A stretch of 24,000 bases of DNA from an uncultured Eubacteriales bacterium (GTDB lineage Bacteria > Bacillota > Clostridia > Peptostreptococcales > Anaerovoracaceae): contig UQXL01000003.1 of assembly GCA_900545135.1 (NCBI GenBank), forward strand, positions 84,938 to 108,937, in the 5' to 3' direction. Position numbers and translations under genes: made by a program. This document shows, piece after piece, positions 1 to 7,658 of the stretch. Numbering within the stretch: the first letter of the stretch is position 1; each line of letters begins with the position of its first letter. The notes below the pieces were generated by a model, which did not search any database, was not told the origin of the DNA, and saw nothing but the letters and a program-made list of their open reading frames with translations.

Positions 1-641
1 TGCTCCTGACGGTTGAAAGATTTGACTACTCTGATGCCGTAAAGGTTTTCCTGTACAACGTTGTTGAGTTTATCATAAATTTTAAATACCCTGTTGAAAA
101 TAGGATATACTATTTTCATAAGGATAAACAGGCCGATTCCAAGAACCGGCAGTATTCCCACATATACAAGAGAAAGCTCCGCGTCTATGCGGAAAGCCGC
201 TATCAAGGCGAATATCAGCATTCCCGGCGCTCTGGTCGCAATTCTTGTGCACATCTGAAACGCCATCTGCACATTGGAAACATCCGTGGTGAGACGCGTT
301 ACTATGCTGGCTGTGGAGAACTTGTCGATATTGGCAAATGAAAATTCCTGAACATGGTCATACATTGCCCCTCTCAGATTCCTGGCAAATCCTGCCGACG
401 CCACTGAGGCTGTTCTTCCGGCCGCCACACCGAAGGCCAAAGCTAATATGGCGAATATCAGAAGTTCTATTCCGTATTTGACGATGTCAGGCATGGAACC
501 GCCGTCTATGCCCTGGTCTATGAGTTCCGCCATGACGAGAGGAATCATAATTTCCAGTACTACTTCCAGGAGTACCAGTATGGGCGTTATTATGGCGACC
601 TTTTTATACTCTTTTACATACTTTAATAATGTCTTGATCAT
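1..641 (-). CDS. ABC exporter (fused permease/ATPase type), N-terminal transmembrane part; the 3' end lies beyond the window start
   Basis: Absent from the ORF track because it runs off the window. Hand translation of the minus strand from ATG 641..639 gives MIKTLLKYVKEYKKVAIITPILVLLEVVLEIMIP..., a typical start of a type I ABC multidrug-exporter TM domain. RBS AAGGGGGAA is the complement of 651-659. The gene starts 26 nt after the MarR stop, so a marR-ABC operon is likely. Confidence 0.75.
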   Translation of the reverse strand, partial: MIKTLLKYVKEYKKVAIITPILVLLEVVLEIMIPLVMAELIDQGIDGGSMPDIVKYGIELLIFAILALAFGVAAGRTASVASAGFARNLRGAMYDHVQEFSFANIDKFSTASIVTRLTTDVSNVQMAFQMCTRIATRAPGMLIFALIAAFRIDAELSLVYVGILPVLGIGLFILMKIVYPIFNRVFKIYDKLNNVVQENLYGIRVVKSFNRQE

Positions 642-667
642 TTCTGCACATTCCCCCTTTTTCTAGT

Positions 668-1099
668 CTACCTCTTCATGTTTTCTTTCATACGCCGCAG
701 ATAATCATGGAGTCTGTCAAGCTCATCTTCGGAAAATCCGTCGGTCAGCTTATCCTCCATCTGCTTCCTGCTGTCCGAAAGTGCTTCAAGCATCATTTCG
801 CCCTCTTTGGTGATGACAAGTTTTTTCAGCCTCGCGTCTCCGTCCACTCCCCCCCTCCTTATGAGACCTTTTGTCTCCATAAGCGAAAGAACTTTTGACG
901 CAGTAGAACGTGTTATGTTGAAATATTCCTCCAGATCTCTCTGGAAAACGTCGTTTTGCTTGTTTTCATACAAATAGACGAGTATATATCCGTTGGCCGC
1001 CGATATTCTCATCAGTTCGCTTGAAAGCTCGTTCTGCAGGTTTCTCTTGATCAAATGATTGAGAGAAGCGAGCTGCTGTCCTATGTCTTTATTTTTCAT
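668..1099 (-). CDS. MarR family transcriptional regulator
   Basis: 143-aa ORF with a winged-helix MarR pattern (ITRSTASKVLSLMETKGLIRR...DARLKKLVITKEG). It lies directly upstream of the ABC exporter on the same strand. Confidence 0.9.
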   Translation of the reverse strand: MKNKDIGQQLASLNHLIKRNLQNELSSELMRISAANGYILVYLYENKQNDVFQRDLEEYFNITRSTASKVLSLMETKGLIRRGGVDGDARLKKLVITKEGEMMLEALSDSRKQMEDKLTDGFSEDELDRLHDYLRRMKENMKR

Positions 1100-1115
1100 C
1101 TCATCACCTTCGTTT

Positions 1116-1192
1116 AAAATTTGTCATATATCGAACTATTCGATATAGAACTATTTGACGTAAAACTGTTTGACATAAAACATATTATAAAA
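1116..1192. repeat. Four to five tandem copies of a 15-bp unit (plus strand: gaactattcgatata / gaactatttgacgta / aaactgtttgacata / aaacatattataaaa, plus an out-of-phase copy aaaatttgtcatata)
   Basis: Read directly. Units start at 1133, 1148, 1163 and 1178 (period 15), with a related copy at 1116-1130. The array sits in the 5' region of the marR-ABC operon. Confidence 0.7.
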
Positions 1193-1195
1193 TTG

Positions 1196-1221
1196 AAAAC
1201 CCTCTCAGTCAAGAGGGTTTT
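1196..1221 (-). terminator. Intrinsic terminator after the P-type ATPase gene
   Basis: 10-bp stem aaaaccctct / agagggtttt with loop cagtca. On the minus strand it is followed by CAATTTTAT. It lies 10 nt after the ATPase stop at 1231. Confidence 0.6.
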
Positions 1222-1230
1222 GTGTTGTTT

Positions 1231-3084
1231 TTATGAAAGTTTTTCTGTGCTTAAGCATCTGAGAGCGTTTATTATGGCTATCATGGAAACGCCCACGTCG
1301 GCGAACACGGCCGCCCACATGCCTACAAGGCCCAGCGCGCTCAGAACCAGCACAGCTGCTTTTACTCCCAGGGCAAAGATTATATTTTCCTTGACTATGG
1401 TCATAGTCTTTTTCGATATGCTCATCATCTGTGCCAGCTTGGACGGCTGGTCGTTCATTATCACCATGTCGGCGGCTTCTATGGCGGCATCTGAGCCCAG
1501 GGCTCCCATCGCCACGCCCACGTCTGCTCTGGCCAGAACCGGAGCGTCGTTGATACCGTCGCCGACAAAGACCAGTTTGCCTTTTGATGATTTGCTTTTG
1601 ATGAGTTCCTCTACTATATCGACTTTATCAGCCGGCAAGAGACCTGCGTAAACCTTGTCTATGCCCAACTCCGCGGCTACTTTTTCTCCTATTTCTTTGC
1701 TGTCGCCGGTGAGCATCACCGTCTTGACTCCTGCCGCTCTGAGCTTTGACACGGCGTCGGCTGAATCTTCCTTTATCCTGTCGGCAAGAAGTATACAGCC
1801 GCCGTACACTCCGTCTACGGCCACCATGACCTGGGTTCCGTTCTTATATTCTTTAAATTCCCCTTTGAAGCTTGTTTCGTCGGCCATGAGCTTTCTGTTT
1901 CCCGCGGCGATCCTGTGGCCTTTGACCGTCGCCACTACTCCTTTTCCGGCGATCTCAGAAACATCGTCCACCTGACTCTGGTCGATTTCCCGGCCGTAAG
2001 CATTTCGCAGAGACTGTGAAATAGGATGATTTGAATAGTTCTCTGCCATAGCCGCATATTCCAGCAGCTGTTCTCTGTTAAATCCCTCTTCGGCGGCTAT
2101 ATCTTCCACGCTGAACTTTCCCTCGGTAAGAGTGCCTGTCTTATCCATCACTACGTATTCGGCATGGGACATGGCTTCCAGATAGTTACTGCCTTTCACC
2201 AAAACGCCGGCTTTAGACGCTCCTCCTATGCCTCCGAAAAAGCTGAGCGGTACTGAAATTACCAGCGCGCAAGGGCAGGATACGACTAGGAAGTTTAACG
2301 GCCTCTTTATCCACTCGCTCCACACCAGGCCGTCCACAAGCAGCGGCGGCAAAATCGCCAGCAGCACGGCCGCTCCTACCACCAGCGGCGTATAAACAGC
2401 CGCGAAACGACTTATAAAGCTTTCCATCTTTGACTTTTTATTGGCCGCGTTTTCTACCAGATCTAAAATCTTGCTCACTGTGGATTCACCGAAAAGCTTG
2501 GTGACTTCAACTGTGAGAACACCTCTCATGTTGACGCAGCCGCTTAAGATTTCGTCTCCCTCTTCTATATCCCTCGGCAGAGATTCTCCGGTAAGCGCCG
2601 CGGTGTTGAGCGATGATTTTCCCTCTCTTACTATGCCGTCAAGCGGCACTTTTTCTCCCGGTCTTACCAGTATCAGGTCTCCCGGCTTTACCTTAGCCGG
2701 ATCGACTTCTTTGATTCCGTCAGCCGTCTTCAAATTGGCTACATCCGGTTTTATGTCCATGAGCTGGGTGATTGATTTTCTCGACTTGCCAACGGCATAG
2801 TCCTCAAACAGCTCTCCAATCTGATAAAACAGCATTACAGCCACTGCTTCAGGATATTCTCCTATCAGAAAGGCTCCGATGGAGGCCACTGACATCAGAA
2901 AGTTTTCGTCCAGCATCTGGCCTCTGAATATTCCTCTCACAGCCTTCCATATAACTTTGTATCCTATGATGGCGTAGGCTGCCAGGAAAACGCCCAGCTT
3001 CAGAAGCTCCGGTTTTTCCGGAACGAATATGGCCGCTGCGAAAAATACGGCCCCGATTATTATCCTGATCAAACGCTTTTTCAT
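1231..3084 (-). CDS. cadA: Heavy-metal translocating P1B-type ATPase, Zn/Cd/Pb (P1B-2) subtype, without an N-terminal metal-binding domain
   Basis: 617-aa ORF with SCPCALVISVP (the TM CPC motif), DKTGTLT phosphorylation site, TGDS, GDGINDAP hinge, and C-terminal FADVGVSMIAIINALR (the D-x-G typical of Zn/Cd pumps). Confidence 0.9.
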   Translation of the reverse strand: MKKRLIRIIIGAVFFAAAIFVPEKPELLKLGVFLAAYAIIGYKVIWKAVRGIFRGQMLDENFLMSVASIGAFLIGEYPEAVAVMLFYQIGELFEDYAVGKSRKSITQLMDIKPDVANLKTADGIKEVDPAKVKPGDLILVRPGEKVPLDGIVREGKSSLNTAALTGESLPRDIEEGDEILSGCVNMRGVLTVEVTKLFGESTVSKILDLVENAANKKSKMESFISRFAAVYTPLVVGAAVLLAILPPLLVDGLVWSEWIKRPLNFLVVSCPCALVISVPLSFFGGIGGASKAGVLVKGSNYLEAMSHAEYVVMDKTGTLTEGKFSVEDIAAEEGFNREQLLEYAAMAENYSNHPISQSLRNAYGREIDQSQVDDVSEIAGKGVVATVKGHRIAAGNRKLMADETSFKGEFKEYKNGTQVMVAVDGVYGGCILLADRIKEDSADAVSKLRAAGVKTVMLTGDSKEIGEKVAAELGIDKVYAGLLPADKVDIVEELIKSKSSKGKLVFVGDGINDAPVLARADVGVAMGALGSDAAIEAADMVIMNDQPSKLAQMMSISKKTMTIVKENIIFALGVKAAVLVLSALGLVGMWAAVFADVGVSMIAIINALRCLSTEKLS

Positions 3085-3160
3085 TTTATGCTACCTTGTT
3101 ACCCCTTTCTTGCTTTTTCACTCCGGCAGTCAAACTCACTGGGTTTCGCGCGCCGGGGAT

Positions 3161-3382
3161 TTAGAGTTCCTTTATCTCGACGTCAGGCTCCACTTTTTTC
3201 ACGATCTTCTTAGCCTTTTTAACTATTTCATCCAGCCTGCTGTCGTCTGCTTCAAAAGTAAGCTTTGTGGTCAGGAAATTGACGCTGGCCTCTGTCACTC
3301 CGTCTATATCGGAAACTCCTCTTTCTATCTTTGCAGCGCAGTTAGCGCAGCACAGTCCCTCGAGTAAATAAGTTTTTTTCAT
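3161..3382 (-). CDS. Stand-alone heavy-metal-associated (HMA) domain protein / metallochaperone
   Basis: 73-aa ORF MKKTYLLEGLCCANCAAKIE... with the GLxCxxCA metal-binding loop normally found at the N-terminus of CadA/ZntA. Strong RBS AGGAGG. It ends 76 nt upstream of the ATPase start. Confidence 0.85.
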   Translation of the reverse strand: MKKTYLLEGLCCANCAAKIERGVSDIDGVTEASVNFLTTKLTFEADDSRLDEIVKKAKKIVKKVEPDVEIKEL

Positions 3383-3448
3383 TTAATTACCTCCTGTATA
3401 ATCGGTTCCGCCTGTAAATTGGCCGGCTTTATCCTCCAGTCAAGCAGA

Positions 3449-3506
3449 ACAATTGAGTATTTATTCAACTGTTCATATTATAGTTGAACATACGCTCAAT
3501 TGTCAA
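3449..3506 (-). promoter_or_regulatory. Near-consensus sigma-A promoter embedded in nested inverted repeats (candidate metalloregulator operator)
   Basis: On the minus strand, TTGACA (3506..3501) is followed by 18 nt and then TATAAT (3482..3477). The outer inverted repeat ACAATTGAG (3449-3457) / CTCAATTGT (3495-3503) is perfect. The inner repeats TTCAACT...AGTTGAA and TGTTCA...TGAACA overlap the -10. Confidence 0.65.
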
Positions 3507-3555
3507 TAGGTTTTAAAAAATTTTTTTATTTTTTACTCGGAAAATGCGGCGCACT

Positions 3556-3583
3556 GAAAAGGGACTCCCTTTCAGGAAGTCCC
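3556..3583 (-). terminator. Intrinsic terminator after the patatin-like gene
   Basis: Stem gggactccc (3561-3569) / ggaagtccc (3575-3583) pairs 8 of 9, with loop tttca. On the minus strand it is followed by TTTTCAG. Confidence 0.55.
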
Positions 3584-3619
3584 GTGCGGCTTATTGTATT
3601 CTATATTCTAATATCTTTT

Positions 3620-4399
3620 CTATCTCAGAAGTTCCTTTATCCTCTCGATATTCTCAATGCCTGCCTCATATCCCTTGCTGTAAGCATAATCCATTTCATG
3701 CATGTTATAGAGCGTCATATCTTCTATCTTAGGACATATTATCAGGTCTGGAGCCTGCTTTCTTATTCTCTCTTCCGCTCCGTCGCTGCTCATGATTTCA
3801 TACATCTGCCAGAGAACGCCTACGAAATTTCTGAAATTTTTCTTTTTAGTGCTCACATATCCGGTGTCCACTGCGATCACCACTTCGGGCTCAAATCTCC
3901 TTATTGGGTCTATGGGTAGCCTGGAAAGAAGCCCTCCGTCCACATACTGCACTCCGTCTATGACTTCCGGCTTGAATATGGCCGGTATGCAGCAGGAGGC
4001 CATCACAGCAGAAACCGCTTCCGTATCGCCGTCAAAGACCTTAAGTTCTCCCTTTTCCAGTTCAGTCGCCACACAGCAAAAAGGAAGGTCAAGTTCAGAG
4101 ATGGTTTTTTTGCCCAGATACCTTTCAAGCCTCCTGTGTATCCTTTTGGTGGAAAAGATACCAGCTCCGAGCAGATTGGGGAAAGAAGCCAGGATATTAT
4201 AGACTTTCAGCTTTCTCAGTTCACCGAAAATATATTCAGGTTCCATGCCGGCGGCTATGGCCGCTCCTATGAGCGCGCCCGAAGAGGCTCCTGCAACACA
4301 GTCCGGTTTCATTCCGTTTTCATAAAGCGCTTTCAAAAATCCAACCTGTGCCACGCCTCTCATTCCGCCTGCACCCAGCACTATCCCAAGTTTTTTCAT
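3620..4399 (-). CDS. Patatin-like phospholipase (RssA-like)
   Basis: Oxyanion loop GIVLGAGGMRG, nucleophile elbow GASSGA (GxSxG), and catalytic Asp in VDGG. I prefer the start MKKLGIVLGAGG at ATG 4399 (AGGAGG upstream). The longest ORF in the track starts at GTG 4504. Confidence 0.8.
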   Translation of the reverse strand: MKKLGIVLGAGGMRGVAQVGFLKALYENGMKPDCVAGASSGALIGAAIAAGMEPEYIFGELRKLKVYNILASFPNLLGAGIFSTKRIHRRLERYLGKKTISELDLPFCCVATELEKGELKVFDGDTEAVSAVMASCCIPAIFKPEVIDGVQYVDGGLLSRLPIDPIRRFEPEVVIAVDTGYVSTKKKNFRNFVGVLWQMYEIMSSDGAEERIRKQAPDLIICPKIEDMTLYNMHEMDYAYSKGYEAGIENIERIKELLR

Positions 4400-4852
4400 C
4401 TTCCGGGGAAAATCCTCCTGTCTCCGACTCGCGCCGTTCCAAAATTTCTGCCGGCTTTCGCGAATATAAAATTCTGCCGGCCTGCGCAAATCCTTTTTCT
4501 TCACTGTTCTTCCTGTTTAACGCCGCTGTGACTCCTTCAAAAATGCGACACATTATATATTAAATCCAAGCGGCGTTTCAGTCAATGCGAAAATCAGCAA
4601 AGTTTTTTCCGGTCTGTTTTCAGCAAACGACAGCCGCGGAGCCGCGCATGATAAAAGCTGAGAGCCGTGTAAAATAAACGCATGGTATGTACAAGACAAA
4701 TGCGAAGGCCGTGAACTCCGCACAAGCCTCCGCATCATATACATACAAGCCTGCCTACCTGGCAATCCTTCCCCGCAGCAGGCGGCAGGGCATGCGACAA
4801 AATATTTTAAAGCTTTAGAACACCATTTCCACCGGCCGCCGCACTTTCAATA

Positions 4853-5560
4853 TTATGTCGACCACTGGGCGTAAAGCGTCAGGTCTTTGTCCAGAGTAGT
4901 GCTTGAACCCGGTGCATAAGAAGTGCCTGTTCCGGCGGCCTCTGTGTTCCAGCTTGTTATGGTCTTTCCTGCGTTGGTGATTCCTGTCTGATCCTGCGTC
5001 TTTATGATATATTGGCTGTTAGCCGGAATATCAGGGTCGTTGTATTCGCCGGTGCCGCCGTTGGCCTCATAACTTACGTCGAAGGTAATAGGGTCCCACT
5101 GTGCATAAAGGGTCACGTCTCCTTTTATATCTATAGTAGAACCGGCGGCATAAGATATGCCGCTGCCGTCAGGCTCAGTATTCCAGCCAGTAAAGGTATA
5201 TCCTGGTCTAATCACATTTACTTCGCCGTTTGATTTGATAGTATACCTGGTTCCCAGAGCCAGATTGCTGTCTGTGGCTCCTCCTGTTCCTCCGTTTGGA
5301 TCATAGGTCACGCTGAAAGTCGTGGGCGACGGCGTTGTCGTCGTTCCTCCGCAGCAGCATACTACGTATGCCGGGCAGCAGCACGGCCTGCAGGTCATAG
5401 GCTGGCTCTGGCTCTGCTGGCACTGGCAGGAAGACGGCTGACGCCGGTTTTGCCGGCATTGACAGGAAGACGGCTGGCATGAGCCGCATCCGCCGGCGGA
5501 TGTGCCCCCGATCTGTCTGTTGTTTCCCTGCATTGAATTACTTACATTGAATCTATACAT
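4853..5560 (-). CDS. Protein without a signal peptide: Cys-rich N-terminal module plus three Listeria-Bacteroides (Flg_new) repeats
   Basis: ATG 5560 has AGGA 8 nt upstream (the track ORF starts at TTG 5566). There are 13 Cys in about 48 aa (CGSCQPSSCQCRQNRRQPSSCQCQQSQSQPMTCRPCCCPAYVVCCCGG). Three repeats follow with the YDxNGG...GYTFTGWNT...D(V/L)TLYAQW signature. Confidence 0.8.
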   Translation of the reverse strand: MYRFNVSNSMQGNNRQIGGTSAGGCGSCQPSSCQCRQNRRQPSSCQCQQSQSQPMTCRPCCCPAYVVCCCGGTTTTPSPTTFSVTYDPNGGTGGATDSNLALGTRYTIKSNGEVNVIRPGYTFTGWNTEPDGSGISYAAGSTIDIKGDVTLYAQWDPITFDVSYEANGGTGEYNDPDIPANSQYIIKTQDQTGITNAGKTITSWNTEAAGTGTSYAPGSSTTLDKDLTLYAQWST

Positions 5561-5749
5561 AAACAAAATCCTTTCTAAAAATATTTAACACTATCATATT
5601 ATTATTTTCCTCCTCTGTTTGTTCTGTTTCGATCTTTTGAAATTCTTTTCTCTCAGGAAAACGAGTAATGGCCGCCGTGGCAGAATACATGCAACGAGTC
5701 ATAACAAAAATAACAAGTAAGAATACGCACAGCGAGTAAACGCGCATGT

Positions 5750-5779
5750 AAAAAAAGGCCCGGTGTTTTCCGAGCCTTT
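5750..5779 (-). terminator. Intrinsic terminator closing the MarR-nitroreductase operon
   Basis: Stem aaaggcccgg (5754-5763) / ccgagccttt (5770-5779) has one G-T pair, with loop tgtttt. The minus-strand T-run is the complement of 5751-5756. Confidence 0.6.
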
Positions 5780-5922
5780 AAAAGTTTAGTTAAATTTATT
5801 TGAATAGGTCTCTCATGTTTCCAATGGCTGCGGCCATGGTCCGCGCATTAAACACATTGACATTTCCCGCATGCAGATGCCGCAAGATGCAATGTGCTTT
5901 TTGTAAATCGCCAGCCGCGCTG

Positions 5923-6541
5923 TTATTTCCAACCGCCCATGCGTATATGTCCGTCCGGCGATGTGTCATATTGTTCTAAAATCAACTCGTCTTCTTTTGG
6001 ATGTCCGATACCTATGAAACACGGTGTCACCCAGCCCTTGGGCACGCCGAGTTTTTCAAGTACGATATCGTGCTCCTTGTTCAGAGGGATTCGCAAGGAA
6101 TAACCAAGGCCCTCATTGACGGCTGAAAGCATGATGTTTCGGCGACGCACCATGCGGTAGTCAGCGGATTCAGCTTGCTGACCCACTCGGCATTAAGTCT
6201 GGTACATTTGAAAAGCGGCACGATCACATACGGACACTCCACCAGCATGGTATACTGCCTCGGCATGGCGTATGCGTACATTTTCTGAGCCAAATTCAGA
6301 TTTCTGTTTTCGTATCTGCTCTGCTGATGTCAAATTTGTCAGCTATATATTTGGCATAACTGAAAGCCCTTTCTTTATCTTCTTTCTCATGCAGAACTAT
6401 GAACTGCCAGTTCCTGTAATGGTCCCAGGAAGGGGCTTTCATTCCGGCTCCGATTATTTTCTTCACCGTTTCAAAGTCGACTTCTTCGTCTGTCCACTCT
6501 CTGCAGGTTCTTCTTTTGTCGATAACTTCATTGAATTCCAT
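5923..6541 (-). pseudogene. Nitroreductase-family pseudogene (two frameshifts), tandem paralog of the gene at 6584-7183
   Basis: Three consecutive ORF pieces (6296-6541, 6081-6293, 5923-6186) align in order to the N-terminal, middle and C-terminal parts of the intact neighbour: MEFNEVIDKRRTCREW vs MEFYEVINKRRSIRQF, YAMPRQYTMLVE vs IAYPRQRSIVEE, and NIMLSAVNEGLGYSLRIP vs NMLLAATAEGLGSVVHIP. The frame changes near 6300 and near 6180. Confidence 0.8.
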
Positions 6542-6583
6542 TCATACATTCCCCCTATTCCTCCCCCGCGCAGCTTACCGGGC

Positions 6584-7183
6584 TTACCATTTGTTCCAGT
6601 GGACTTTCTTCTCCACAGTCGCTTCGACTTGCGACGGCAGCAGAGCGTCTTTGCTTGCGTATCCGAGGATCACCAAAGCCGGCAGATAATATCCGTCCAG
6701 CACTTTCATGAACTCCCTGATCTGCTGAGATTCTTTCTTCACCGGTATGTGAACGACAGAGCCTAACCCCTCGGCAGTAGCGGCGAGAAGCATGTTTTCC
6801 ACCAATGCCCATGACGCGCCGTAGTCCATAAGTCCGTATTCGTTTTTTTGATTATCAAAGGAATATTTTTGTTTGAAATAAGGCAGTATCACGCAGGCGG
6901 ATTCTTCAACTATGCTGCGCTGGCGCGGATATGCTATTTTGAACATTTCCTGCTGCGGAGTCTTTGGCTCCTGAATTCGGCATGGATAAGGACGAATGAA
7001 CTTCGCCAGTTCTCTGATGGTATCTTTTTCGGTCAGCGTCAGCAGTTCCCATCTCCTCTGATGGTTTGATGAGGGAGCTTTCAGTTCGGCGTCCAGTATA
7101 CGTTCCAGCGTTTCCCTTGAAATCTCTCTATCTTCAAATTGTCTGATGCTTCTCCTCTTGTTGATCACTTCATAGAATTCCAT
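6584..7183 (-). CDS. Nitroreductase family protein (FMN-dependent)
   Basis: The start MEFYEVINKRRSIRQFED is the canonical nitroreductase N-terminus. ATG 7183 lies 1 nt after the MarR stop. The track ORF (to 7321) overlaps marR and is an over-extension. Confidence 0.85.
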   Translation of the reverse strand: MEFYEVINKRRSIRQFEDREISRETLERILDAELKAPSSNHQRRWELLTLTEKDTIRELAKFIRPYPCRIQEPKTPQQEMFKIAYPRQRSIVEESACVILPYFKQKYSFDNQKNEYGLMDYGASWALVENMLLAATAEGLGSVVHIPVKKESQQIREFMKVLDGYYLPALVILGYASKDALLPSQVEATVEKKVHWNKW

Positions 7184-7184
7184 T

Positions 7185-7637
7185 TTACTCCTTCGCTTCC
7201 TGATTGACCAGTTTGGCCAGATTCTTTGTAAATGTCCTCGACAGTTCGATAAGCTGTTTCTGCTCCTCTGCCGTAAACATGGACATCGCCGTATCTTCCG
7301 CCCATGTGATATGGCGAACAACCTTTTCGCAATACTCAGCTCCCACCTCCGTCATGCGGACGATCTTATTTTTCTTGTTCTGAGGCGCTTCTGTAACCGT
7401 GACATAATTATGGGCTAAAAGATTTTTAATGATCAGATTCACCGTCTGCTTCGATTGAAAGGTCCTCTTGCATATTTCTGCCTGCGTCATTCCTTCTTTC
7501 GCATAAAAGAGAACATTTACCACCAGCAGAGTTTTCATCATCATACCGTTGCGCTTGGCGTATTCGTCGTATAAAGCAAATTGTTCATCTCTGAACTTAC
7601 AGTACAAGTACGCGTTTTTCCTGTCTTCCTTGGTCAT
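7185..7637 (-). CDS. MarR family transcriptional regulator
   Basis: 150-aa ORF with a wHTH region MTQAEICKRTFQSKQTVNLIIKNLLAHNYV...NKKNKIVRMTEVG. It is the first gene of the operon with the nitroreductase. Confidence 0.85.
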   Translation of the reverse strand: MTKEDRKNAYLYCKFRDEQFALYDEYAKRNGMMMKTLLVVNVLFYAKEGMTQAEICKRTFQSKQTVNLIIKNLLAHNYVTVTEAPQNKKNKIVRMTEVGAEYCEKVVRHITWAEDTAMSMFTAEEQKQLIELSRTFTKNLAKLVNQEAKE

Positions 7638-7658
7638 GGTTCACCATCCTTGGTTTAT

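Noticed and set aside
3085-3160. Possible programmed frameshift or read-through joining the HMA domain to the ATPase
   Set aside because: All three frames of the 76-nt gap contain stop codons, and an in-frame TAG lies three codons upstream of the ATPase ATG.
4553-4765. 70-aa ORF, and the overlapping ORFs 4320-4553 and 4348-4563, in the patatin upstream region
   Set aside because: No RBS, an Arg/Ser/Cys-rich improbable composition, and overlap with the patatin promoter (TTGACT...TAATAT) and 5' end.
4505-4852. 348-nt GC-rich spacer between the patatin gene and the first Cys-rich gene, examined for an sRNA or terminator
   Set aside because: I found only imperfect hairpins without U-runs in either orientation, and no promoter-terminator pair comparable to the one at 10827-10948.
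5553-5747. 64-aa minus-strand ORF upstream of and overlapping the first Cys-rich gene; its tail resembles the in-frame N-terminal extension of the second gene in the ORF track
   Set aside because: The similarity follows from the conserved non-coding upstream block. The frames differ between the two loci, the region is AT-rich with no RBS, and both genes have matching RBS-supported ATG starts downstream.
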